From assembly GCA_043806035.1 (NCBI GenBank), contig JAZDHK010000025.1, positions 1 through 24,062 of the forward strand: a DNA stretch of 24,062 bases, read 5' to 3'. The DNA comes from an archaeon. GTDB lineage: Archaea; Nanobdellota; Nanobdellia; Woesearchaeales; UBA9642. The notes under the pieces are model-generated. The model was not told the origin of the DNA and searched no databases. It was given only the letters and a program-made list of their open reading frames with translations. The position numbers were made by a program, and so were the translations under genes. The number at the start of each line of letters is the position of its first letter. The stretch's first letter is position 1. This document shows positions 15,792-24,062 of this stretch, piece by piece.

Positions 15792-18371
15792 TCGTGCAAT
15801 GGGCACTCTGAATGGCGAGCAGCTCACATAATTTAGTCCTGTCTTGTGGCAGAACTCGATGCTTGCAGGGTCGCCGCCGTGCTCTCCGCAGATGCCGAGC
15901 TTGAGATTAGGCTTTGTTTTGCGTCCTTTCTCACACGCCATCTTCACCAATTGTCCAACCCCTGCTTGGTCGAGGCTCTGGAATGGGTCCTTTTCAATGA
16001 TGCCTTTCTCGATGTACTCAGGCACGAACGTGCCCACATCATCCCTGCTGAATCCTAGCGTCATCTGCGTGAGGTCGTTCGTTCCGAAGCTGAAGAACTC
16101 TGCCTCTTTTGCAATCTCATCCGCAGTGAGTGCAGCTCGAGGAACTTCTATCATCGTTCCTATAAGATACTTGATTTTTGTCTTCACGCCAAGGATGATG
16201 TCTTTTTGGTGTTTCAATTCTTTTACGTTGCCGACAAGAGGGACCATTATTTCGACGCTGACGTTCTTCCCTTCCTTACTGATATCTTCTGCAGCTTCGA
16301 GGATTGCTTCTGCTTGCATCTGCGTGAGTTCAGGATAGGTTATGCCGAGCCTGCAGCCGCGATGACCGAGCATGGGATTGAGCTCGTGCAATTCCTGGAT
16401 TTTTTGCTTGATGCTCTGGACGCTCACCGTTGTCTCTTTGGCAATGATTGCTATATCCCTATCCTCATTTGGCAGGAATTCGTGCAAGGGCGGGTCGAGC
16501 AATCGTATGGTTACGGGTCTGCCGTCCATAACCCTGAATATCCCTTTGAAGTCCTCTTTCTGATAGGGCTTTATTTTTGCGAGCGCCTTTTTCCTCCCGT
16601 CAACATCTGAAGCAAGAATCATCTCGCGCATAACCTTGATGCGCTCTCCCTCGAAGAACATGTGTTCAGTCCTGCACAGGCCTATGCCTTCTGCCCCGAA
16701 CTTCACTGCTTGCTGGGCATCTTTTGGCGTGTCCGCATTCGTGCGTACGTTGAGCGTCCTGTACTTGTCCGCCCACTGCATGACCTTCCCGAAAGAACCA
16801 GACAATTCTGGATCGATGACGGGCAGTTGTCCTTTGAACACCTCTCCTAGACCTCCATCGAGCGTGATGTACTCGCCTTCTTTGAACGTCTCCTTTCCTA
16901 TGGTGAGCGTCTGTCCGTTGATCTTTGCGTCGTTGCATCCGCTGATGCAGCACTTGCCCATCCCTCTTGCTACGACGGCAGCATGGCTGGTCATGCCTCC
17001 TCTCGTTGTGAGAATGCCTTGTGCAGCGTCTATGCCGATGAGGTCCTCAGGGCTGGTCTCTGTCCTGACGAGAACAATAGTATCTCCTGATTTTCTCATC
17101 TCCACTGCCTTTTCTGCCGTGAACGCTATCTTGCCTACTGCAGCGCCAGGACTTGCGGGCAGTCCTTTTGCCAAGACTTTTGTCTTCTTCTTCGCGAGAG
17201 GGTCGAGCTGCTTGTGTAGTAATTGGTTGAGACTCTCAGGATGTATTCTCAGGAGTGCTGTTTTTTCGTCGATGAGTTTTTCATTGACCATGTCCACGGC
17301 GATTTTGACTGCGGCATGCGCTGTCCTCTTTCCCGTTCTCGTCTGGAGCATGTAGAGCTTGCCTTCCTGGATGGTGAATTCCATGTCCTGCATGTCCTTG
17401 AAGTGCTTCTCCAATTTCTTGTACGTCTGGACGAGCTCGTTGTAGACGTGAGGCATACTTTTTTGCAACGTGCTGATGGGTTTTGGTGTCCTGATGCCTG
17501 CGACGACGTCCTCGCCTTGCGCATTCATCAAGTACTCGCCATAGAACGTGTTCTCTCCCGTGCTCGGATCTCGTGAAAAGCACACTCCCGTTCCTGAGCT
17601 CTCACCCATATTCCCAAAAACCATCGCCTGGATGTTCACTGCCGTTCCCAGAAGTCCCTTGATGTCGTTGAGTTTTCTGTACGCTATGGCTCTGTTGTTG
17701 TTCCAGCTCCTGAACACTGCCTCGACTGCCATGAGCAATTGCTTCTTGCTGTCCGTCGGGAATTCTTGTTTCGTCTCCTTCTTGACCATCTGCTTGTACT
17801 TCTGCACCACGTCTTTGAGGTCATCATCGGTGAGTTGGGTGTCATACTCCACTCCCTTCGTCTCTTTCTTCTTGTCCAGGATCTCCTCGAACTTCGCATG
17901 CTCGACGTCCATGACGACGTCGCCGAACATCTGGATGAATCGTCTGTATGAGTCCCAGGCAAATCGTGGGTTCTTCGTTCTTTTGATGATGCCCATAACG
18001 ACATCGTCATTGAGCCCGAGGTTGAGAATGGTGTCCATCATGCCCGGCATACTTGCTGCGGCGCCGCTGCGCACGGACAGGAGCAACGTCTGCTCCGGGC
18101 TGCCGAGCTTCGCCTGCATTGCCTTTTCGAGCTTTGCAAGATTGACATCAATGTCCTTAAGAACAGGTGCAGGAATCTTCCTGCCTTCCTTGTAGTAGCA
18201 ATCACACGTCATCGTTGTTATCGTGAATCCAGGTGGGACGTTGATTCCCAGAGACGCCATCTCAGCGAGATTGGCTCCCTTGCCACCGAGAATCTCCTTC
18301 ATCTCCTTCCTGCCTTCCGTCATTCCCGCACCGAAAAAGTACACGTTCTTTTCCTGTTTTGCTTTTGTCAT
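15750..18371 (-). CDS. ppdK: Pyruvate, phosphate dikinase
   Basis: LGGKGANLAEM, SMPGMMDT, GGMTSHAAVVARG, GIGLCRTEHMF, GTNDLTQ and GICGEHGGDP. Confidence 0.98.
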   Translation of the reverse strand: MTKAKQEKNVYFFGAGMTEGRKEMKEILGGKGANLAEMASLGINVPPGFTITTMTCDCYYKEGRKIPAPVLKDIDVNLAKLEKAMQAKLGSPEQTLLLSVRSGAAASMPGMMDTILNLGLNDDVVMGIIKRTKNPRFAWDSYRRFIQMFGDVVMDVEHAKFEEILDKKKETKGVEYDTQLTDDDLKDVVQKYKQMVKKETKQEFPTDSKKQLLMAVEAVFRSWNNNRAIAYRKLNDIKGLLGTAVNIQAMVFGNMGESSGTGVCFSRDPSTGENTFYGEYLMNAQGEDVVAGIRTPKPISTLQKSMPHVYNELVQTYKKLEKHFKDMQDMEFTIQEGKLYMLQTRTGKRTAHAAVKIAVDMVNEKLIDEKTALLRIHPESLNQLLHKQLDPLAKKKTKVLAKGLPASPGAAVGKIAFTAEKAVEMRKSGDTIVLVRTETSPEDLIGIDAAQGILTTRGGMTSHAAVVARGMGKCCISGCNDAKINGQTLTIGKETFKEGEYITLDGGLGEVFKGQLPVIDPELSGSFGKVMQWADKYRTLNVRTNADTPKDAQQAVKFGAEGIGLCRTEHMFFEGERIKVMREMILASDVDGRKKALAKIKPYQKEDFKGIFRVMDGRPVTIRLLDPPLHEFLPNEDRDIAIIAKETTVSVQSIKQKIQELHELNPMLGHRGCRLGITYPELTQMQAEAILEAAEDISKEGKNVSVEIMVPLVGNVKELKHQKDIILGVKTKIKYLIGTMIEVPRAALTADEIAKEAEFFSFGTNDLTQMTLGFSRDDVGTFVPEYIEKGIIEKDPFQSLDQAGVGQLVKMACEKGRKTKPNLKLGICGEHGGDPASIEFCHKTGLNYVSCSPFRVPIARLAAAQAALKSTKK

Positions 18372-18459
18372 GTGTTCTTCACCAAAATGCCTGCCTGAAC
18401 TGCTTATTTATATGCGTTGCGATATGCTTAAATATTCTGGTGAATTTCCCTCTCTTTCC

Positions 18460-18813
18460 ATGTACACGAACGAAGAACTTGCAAATGGGTATAAACGGGT
18501 GCTGATGAATCTTGGCTGTTCTAGGAACTTCGGACAAAACCTTATCAAGAATAGAGTCGCTAGTGCACCTGTGAACATTGCCAAATACTATGCTGAGCAA
18601 GGCAGCCTTCCTGAACTTCCCGGTGTAGGCAAGACAGCAAAGGCGATACTGGTCATGATTCTCGGCGAGAGCATCGACAAGGTGTGCGAGGATATCGTCC
18701 AGAGACAGCTCACTGAGCCGAACGTGTCTCCTGTTCATCACGTACCTCACCTTATGGATGACGGGGACAGTAATTTCTGGCATAATGTCGTCAGGCAGTA
18801 TGAGGAATGCTGA
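18460..18813 (+). CDS. Small helix-hairpin-helix protein resembling the PolX/Pol-beta N-terminal domain
   Basis: MYTNEELA start and HhH motif LPELPGVGKTAK. TATA-like CTTAAATA about 25 nt upstream of the ATG at 18460. Confidence 0.6.
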   Translation: MYTNEELANGYKRVLMNLGCSRNFGQNLIKNRVASAPVNIAKYYAEQGSLPELPGVGKTAKAILVMILGESIDKVCEDIVQRQLTEPNVSPVHHVPHLMDDGDSNFWHNVVRQYEEC

Positions 18814-19369
18814 GCCGCGCTATGCAGAATCCGATGATTGCCCCGATGAGATTGAATACGAGATCTAATGCGTTATTGAGATAATTGCCGACTTGGGCTG
18901 CTGCATTGAAGTAAATGACGGTGATGAGTTCGCCTATCTCGTTGATGGCGCCTATGCCGGAGACGGCAAGGATGACCAGAACGAAAAGAGCCAGCCTGCT
19001 CGTGATGTTCGGGGCGTATTCTCTGATGAGCTTGTACATGACTATACCGAGCAGGATGCTTGCAAGCAAATGCACGACGTTGTCCATACGCAGCCAGGTC
19101 AGCAGCTGCACGTCGTACAAGCGCTGTCCGTACACGTGGAGGTTTCCTGCGAGGATGTGCATGGCTCCGATGAGAACAAGACTCATGACACTGAACACAT
19201 TGAGATGTAGTTTCTCGTTATTGCGCATGAGCAACAGGATCAACGCTCCCATGATGAACGTGTAGAAGAGAAATTCGGTGTTGTGCTGCAAGAATTCTAT
19301 GAACGTGAATACGATGATGTACAGTGCCGCACCATACAAGACAAGCATCTTTTTCTCGTCTTCGGTCAT
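18791..19369 (-). CDS. Integral membrane protein, DUF2238/YjdF-like
   Basis: About 6 TM segments with H..G, RLYD, DNVVH, NEIGE and DL..N..GA. Confidence 0.7.
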   Translation of the reverse strand: MTEDEKKMLVLYGAALYIIVFTFIEFLQHNTEFLFYTFIMGALILLLMRNNEKLHLNVFSVMSLVLIGAMHILAGNLHVYGQRLYDVQLLTWLRMDNVVHLLASILLGIVMYKLIREYAPNITSRLALFVLVILAVSGIGAINEIGELITVIYFNAAAQVGNYLNNALDLVFNLIGAIIGFCIARLSIPHTA

Positions 19370-20055
19370 GATTGCATGTACCTCTCTTTTGTTTTCTGGT
19401 CGAGCTTCTCCAGGGAATACCTTAGCATGGTTCTCGGCATGTGCATCGCATGCTTATCGAGGAATCTTCGTAATGTCGGCTCGTCTTTCTTGCCTATTTC
19501 CCTGAGCACCCAGCCGACTGCTTTATGGATGAGATCGTGCTTGTCGTGCATGAGCTTTTCTGCAAGTGCGAGCGCATCCGTGTAGTCATTTTTGTTGATG
19601 AATGCGAATGTGGAGATGATGCTGATTCGTCGCTGCCAGAGACTCTCTGACTGAGCGAGCTGGTAGAGCAACGCCCTGTCCTTGTCAAGAAGATATGCTC
19701 CGATGATGCGGTGTGCGGACAAATCAACAAGATCCCAGTTGTTTATCTTTTGCGAGTTATGCACGTAAAAGTCGAAGAACCGCTTCCTCTCTTTTTCATC
19801 TGCATGCGCGAATTTGTGTACGAGGATGAGCACGCCGACGAGGCGCACTTCGTGGATTTTGTCATGGAGCAGCTTCTTAATCTCATTCAAGGAAAGGTTT
19901 GCATGTTTTTTTGCAACTTCCCTGCTCTGCGGGACCATCACTCCCAGGAAAACATCTCCCTCGCCATATTCTCCTTTTCCCGTCTTGAAGAAGCCGCTGA
20001 GGAGCTTCGCTTTCTCCTTGCTTGCATGCTTTCGTAGATCAGCGTGAACGGTCAT
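19366..20055 (-). CDS. DNA alkylation repair enzyme (AlkD-like HEAT-repeat family)
   Basis: FFKTGKGEYGEGDVFLGV, NNWDLVD, HKAVGWVLRE and MPRTMLRY. The real start is the ATG at 20055, which forms an ATGA overlap. Confidence 0.92.
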   Translation of the reverse strand: MTVHADLRKHASKEKAKLLSGFFKTGKGEYGEGDVFLGVMVPQSREVAKKHANLSLNEIKKLLHDKIHEVRLVGVLILVHKFAHADEKERKRFFDFYVHNSQKINNWDLVDLSAHRIIGAYLLDKDRALLYQLAQSESLWQRRISIISTFAFINKNDYTDALALAEKLMHDKHDLIHKAVGWVLREIGKKDEPTLRRFLDKHAMHMPRTMLRYSLEKLDQKTKERYMQS

Positions 20056-20372
20056 TGTATATTCAGCAGGAGGAATCCGATAATAGCAGTGACGATATTT
20101 GCGCAAAACGCAATGAGTGCTGCCCGCTTCCACGACGCTCTCGTGAGTAGTTTCAGGAGTGGCCATTCGGCAAGTGCCACAAACAGTTCGATGATAAGAT
20201 AGAAAGGAAGATACCATGAAGGGACTAATGAGAAGACAAGCATTGCCAGCGGCCACGTCAGACAGTTGATCAGGACAGCATAGAGCAGCAGCCACCACTC
20301 ATTTTTGCGCAGGAACAGCCAGATGATAAAAAATTCGACAACGATGGTGATAAGCAGGAGGAGTACGTTCAT
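20052..20372 (-). CDS. Small 4-TM membrane protein
   Basis: 106 aa, hydrophobic with intramembrane E/N residues (VE, NCLTWP, E..V..AE, AN). ATGA overlaps on both sides. Confidence 0.75.
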   Translation of the reverse strand: MNVLLLLITIVVEFFIIWLFLRKNEWWLLLYAVLINCLTWPLAMLVFSLVPSWYLPFYLIIELFVALAEWPLLKLLTRASWKRAALIAFCANIVTAIIGFLLLNIQ

Positions 20373-20947
20373 TTTTTCTTCCTCAGGAGAAGCACGAGGA
20401 TGATGCCTATCGCCGCCAGGACGGGAACGGCATACCAAATGCCTGCATGCCATGCAGACTTCGTCGGAGTAGGAGGCATGTCTGTCGTGTACGGCAGTGT
20501 CTCCGTGCTGCCGTCTTCATAGGTGTACAGGACGCTCTTCTTGCTCAGAACGAATGAATCTGCAGACAAAGAGTCGATGTGCAGGATGTCCTGCCTGCTT
20601 TTGAGGGGATCGTCCTTATTCGTGGCTGACGTGTATTGGAGAAGAAGTCCTGATTGCAGGGCGCCGGTTAACTCCTCGTTGTAAGCGGCAGTTGGCATAG
20701 CAAAAACTGAAGGTGTTCGGAACTTGTAGAAGCGAACGCATTCTCCTTGTGGGATAACGTAAGGAGATCCTCCTGCACCGACACCAAGGCCAGTGTCATC
20801 TACCATGATGAAAACATAATCAGGATACTCTGCCATGTTGTCGATGGTGAAGCAGTAGCTAACACTCTTTTGGTTGGGCATGATGACATCAGCAAAGACT
20901 GCTGTTGACAGCAACGTTATCATGATGAGCAGCACAAGTGATTTCAT
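20369..20947 (-). CDS. Secreted, C-terminally anchored protein
   Basis: Signal peptide ending AVFA/DV, two Cys, P/T linker, then TM + RKKK. Confidence 0.8.
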   Translation of the reverse strand: MKSLVLLIMITLLSTAVFADVIMPNQKSVSYCFTIDNMAEYPDYVFIMVDDTGLGVGAGGSPYVIPQGECVRFYKFRTPSVFAMPTAAYNEELTGALQSGLLLQYTSATNKDDPLKSRQDILHIDSLSADSFVLSKKSVLYTYEDGSTETLPYTTDMPPTPTKSAWHAGIWYAVPVLAAIGIILVLLLRKKK

Positions 20948-21041
20948 GCTCTGCTTTTACCTGTTAAGTATTTAAATATTCTCTTGACTGCAAGCAAGAT
21001 GGAAGCAAAACCTTCTTAAATCTGCGCAAACGCATACGTGC

Positions 21042-22316
21042 ATGGTTTCCGAGAAAGCAGTTTTTGCCAAGACCTCTCCTGAGAAGCAGCACAACAAAGC
21101 CATAGACGTTCCTGTCAGCAACGCCATCGAGGCGGCAGAGCACATCAAGGCAATACATGGCGTTACCCCAACACTGCCTGTCGAGACCATCGTTAGAGAT
21201 GGCATTGTCATCCACCTGCACTGCAAGTTCGAGAATGTGCAGAGCATGTACACGTTCAAGGCACGCGGTAGTGAGTGGTTTGTCTACAACCTGATGAAGC
21301 AGTACCATGAGAAACGGGGCATGTTCAAGAGCTCTCGAGACAAGCCGGAGCTCGTGACGGCAAGTGCTGGGAACCACGCGCAGGGTGTCGCGCTTGCAGC
21401 AAAACGGTATGGACTTACGGCAACCATCTTCATGCCAATAACAACGCCTGACATCAAGAAGCAGAGAGTCAAGGACATGGGAGCAAACATACAATTGGTT
21501 GGGGAAATATTCGACGATGCATTGGCCGCAGCGCGAAAATACAAGCAGCAATCACGCTTACGAATATTCATTCCTCCGTACGAGAATCCTACGGTCATGG
21601 AGGGCCAGGCAAGCATCGGCGTTGAGATTCTTTCCCAATTATGTCCTATTCATCCCGCATACTGGAGAGTCACTAACTATTCATGGCCGGTCCCCGATGT
21701 CATCATTTCAGGATTGGGCGGCGGCGGGCTGCTGTCAGGAATTGGTGCTGTCGTGAAAGACTTCAATGCAAAGAGCGGCAACACCATCAAACTCATCGGC
21801 GTGCAGACAGAACTCTCTGATCCCATGTACCAATCCATAAAGGCGGGCAAGCTCATGCAGGCAACTCTCGTAGACAGGAAGAGTATCGCTGATGGCATAG
21901 CAATCAAGCATACTTCTGAGCGGATGCGTCTTACTGTCAAAAAATATGTGGACCAGGTCGTCTCTGTCAGCGAGGAGAACATCATCAAGGGCATGGCATA
22001 CCTCTACCAGCATCCTCGCCTGAATGGAGACGTGTGGGACACGAACGAAAACTACATTCCAAGCATTCCCTACAGGAAACTCCCTAACAACGTGCAGAGC
22101 TTGTTCCATAGGCGCCCTCTTTGGAAGGTAGAAGGTGCAGGAGCAGCCAGCTACGCTGCAGTCGTCTTCGGAGACAAGTATGGCGAGCTGGACTGGAAGA
22201 AGCTCGCGAACGGCAAGAAAAAACTCTACGTGGTCGCCATCTTGACAGGTGCGAACATCGGCGATGAAACATTGCTGGAACTCATAAAGGACATTAAGCG
22301 ACCGAGAGACATCTGA
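21042..22316 (+). CDS. PLP-dependent threonine/serine dehydratase (no ACT domain)
   Basis: ENVQ...TFKARG (PLP Lys), ASAGNHAQGVA, GGGGLLSG, IADGI, EGAGA and TGANI. Confidence 0.9.
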   Translation: MVSEKAVFAKTSPEKQHNKAIDVPVSNAIEAAEHIKAIHGVTPTLPVETIVRDGIVIHLHCKFENVQSMYTFKARGSEWFVYNLMKQYHEKRGMFKSSRDKPELVTASAGNHAQGVALAAKRYGLTATIFMPITTPDIKKQRVKDMGANIQLVGEIFDDALAAARKYKQQSRLRIFIPPYENPTVMEGQASIGVEILSQLCPIHPAYWRVTNYSWPVPDVIISGLGGGGLLSGIGAVVKDFNAKSGNTIKLIGVQTELSDPMYQSIKAGKLMQATLVDRKSIADGIAIKHTSERMRLTVKKYVDQVVSVSEENIIKGMAYLYQHPRLNGDVWDTNENYIPSIPYRKLPNNVQSLFHRRPLWKVEGAGAASYAAVVFGDKYGELDWKKLANGKKKLYVVAILTGANIGDETLLELIKDIKRPRDI

Positions 22317-22322
22317 ACATAG

Positions 22323-23027
22323 TTACAGAGGTCTCACGCCGACAATGACAACAGCGTCTCCCTTCTCCACAGCAATATTCGACCATACCTTCCTCTCCTC
22401 TTCGGTCTTAGGCAAGGGTGTGTCATCCATCAAACTCCTGCCGAAATACACTCCTCTTGCGATGAGCTGCTCGTCAGCGCCGCAGTAAGCGCGCGCTATC
22501 GCTCTCATTGCTTCAGGAACGGCTTTACCATTCGGATGCAGCTCATACCCTCTCGAAACGCAGAGCCGTTGCATGCTCCTGTACACGACGGGATTCTGCG
22601 TTCGAGTCATGACGATGCTTGCGGGAAGCGCATCTGCCCTGTGCTCGTTCAGCAGCTCATACAGTCCGTGCTGCTGGATCTCCCTTCTGAGCAGTGCCGT
22701 GGCGTAATAGTTCACCCTCTGCCCTGCAATCTCGAGCAGGTCATTCACCGCATAGCCAATAATCCTTCCTTGTCGCTTGAGCAGGAGCAGATACTCTGCC
22801 GTTCTTGTTCTTTCATCAATCGCTTCGTATGGCAGGCTTTTTCCGAACGCATCCACGGCGACAGCATACAGTTCGGGAATGAGTCCATCTAAGAATTCCT
22901 TTCGTTGCACTTTAGGAGAAAGCTCCTCTAAAGAAATAGCTAGTTCATGCAGCCGCCCAGAAAAGGCGACCAGCGCATTGCACCGAAACCATAGTTTCAC
23001 CTCTACTCGTTTATTGTTCTCCGCCAC
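22323..23027 (-). CDS. Hypothetical protein, possible GNAT fold
   Basis: IIGYA strand, LLRREIQQHGL resembling acetyl-CoA motif A, and TRTQNP. GTG start uncertain. Confidence 0.55.
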   Translation of the reverse strand: MAENNKRVEVKLWFRCNALVAFSGRLHELAISLEELSPKVQRKEFLDGLIPELYAVAVDAFGKSLPYEAIDERTRTAEYLLLLKRQGRIIGYAVNDLLEIAGQRVNYYATALLRREIQQHGLYELLNEHRADALPASIVMTRTQNPVVYRSMQRLCVSRGYELHPNGKAVPEAMRAIARAYCGADEQLIARGVYFGRSLMDDTPLPKTEEERKVWSNIAVEKGDAVVIVGVRPL

Positions 23028-23155
23028 AGAATGTCGTGACGGCGCTTACGCAAAAAACTGCACACTAGCAAAAACCTTGCTTGACTTTTTACTTGCGTGC
23101 GCATTCATGAAAAAAAAAGAAAGAAGAAGAACTATTTAAATGTTGATGTTTGCAT

Positions 23156-23908
23156 TCACGTATACCCTGGAATGTTGGGGATGTCAGGCATGGCTCCCGG
23201 CTCTGCAGGAAGCACAAACTCGCTATCATCCACATTCGTCGTGTATTCTCGTGCAGTCATCTCCGACGTCACGTCCTGTGCAGTACTCTTGATGTACAAG
23301 GGAACGTAGTCGGGACTGTAGCAGTACTCGACAACAGCATTCTCTTGTGTCAGTTCAAAGCAGGTTGTCTGCACGCCTGCAATAGTCTTTCCTGGCTTTT
23401 CCACAACATTGTAGCTCTGCCAGTTCTCCTTGAGATCATCATTGCGCGATATTGCGGACGTGTCGCCTTGCTCAAGCTCGAAGCAGAGCATATCTTCTGA
23501 GACGGCAGTGCAGCTGTACAGCTTGCCATCGATGAAGAACGTCAACGCCTCGCCTTCAGAAGTCTCTGTTGTCATCTTCATCTGCCCATCCTTTATGGCT
23601 TGGGTCATGACTGAACTCATGCCTGCGGTGACGACATCGTATGTTACCTTGTAGGCAACTGCAGGGAATGCTGCAAAGTACCCGCTAAAATCAGTATTTT
23701 GCTGCTCTTCTGCAGGTGTTTGGTCTTCAGCAGGTGCATTGACGTCCGCTTGCGGTTGCTCTGGCGCAACGGGCTGCGGTGCAGGAGGGACTTGTTCCTG
23801 GGGCGTTGTCTGCTCGGGAACAACCTGTTCAGGAGCAGATGGTTGGTTGCTCGTACATGCGACAAAGGAAATCGCCAGCACGACAAGCAGTAATGCTAGT
23901 GCTTTCAA
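23156..23908 (-). CDS. Putative lipoprotein with P/Q/E-rich linker
   Basis: SD GAGGTGA 5 nt before the TTG at 23908, leader ending FVAC, acidic beta-rich domain with four Cys, ending F.LP. Confidence 0.8.
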   Translation of the reverse strand: MKALALLLVVLAISFVACTSNQPSAPEQVVPEQTTPQEQVPPAPQPVAPEQPQADVNAPAEDQTPAEEQQNTDFSGYFAAFPAVAYKVTYDVVTAGMSSVMTQAIKDGQMKMTTETSEGEALTFFIDGKLYSCTAVSEDMLCFELEQGDTSAISRNDDLKENWQSYNVVEKPGKTIAGVQTTCFELTQENAVVEYCYSPDYVPLYIKSTAQDVTSEMTAREYTTNVDDSEFVLPAEPGAMPDIPNIPGYT

Positions 23909-24062
23909 ACATATCACCTCAACGTTTTTTATCAGAGCAACCCGCAGCCTTTTTAAATATGCTTGTTTCAACTCAGAGCAGGAACTGGCTTGAACTGAAA
24001 GCCAATCCTGCCGCAATCCATATAAATACGGACTTTCTTCGATGACGTATGAACTGCATAGT

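Noticed and set aside
15844-18195. Long plus-strand ORFs inside ppdK (similar ones lie within gltX and deoC)
   Set aside because: Antisense shadows caused by codon bias, with no recognisable motifs.
20056-20298. N-terminal 81-aa extension of the AlkD-like ORF (also the extensions at 5067, 18223, 20453 and 24016)
   Set aside because: They overlap neighbouring genes or promoters, and downstream starts have better SD, TATA or ATGA support.

Overview
This is a gene-dense archaeal chromosome fragment, most consistent with a DPANN/Woesearchaeota-like organism. That is an inference from the archaeal-type GluRS, AAACnTTTAWA BRE/TATA promoters about 20-30 nt upstream of starts, GGTGA Shine-Dalgarno motifs and a PEF-CTERM protein. 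The left 3.5 kb is an AT-richer defence/toxin-antitoxin islet: an AAA_14/DUF4143 ATPase, an AbiEi-AbiEii type IV TA pair, and a DUF2683-RelE type II TA pair whose toxin is frameshifted at a T8 tract. The most striking unexplained signal is a degenerate direct repeat of about 50-70 bp (TGYRATACAA...AGTCCTY...GRTGSCACC...CGRRCT-like) present three times, near 1244, 2795 and 3519. The copies bracket the two TA modules like a cassette array. The rest is housekeeping and accessory: surface proteins, transglutaminase, cation/H+ antiporter, solo TldD plus FG-GAP protein, divergent deoC plus ADP-ribosylglycohydrolase, gltX, a BacNav-like channel with a TLDNW filter, HAD, ppdK, AlkD-like glycosylase and a threonine/serine dehydratase. 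No rRNA, tRNA, CRISPR array, integrase or transposase was recognised.
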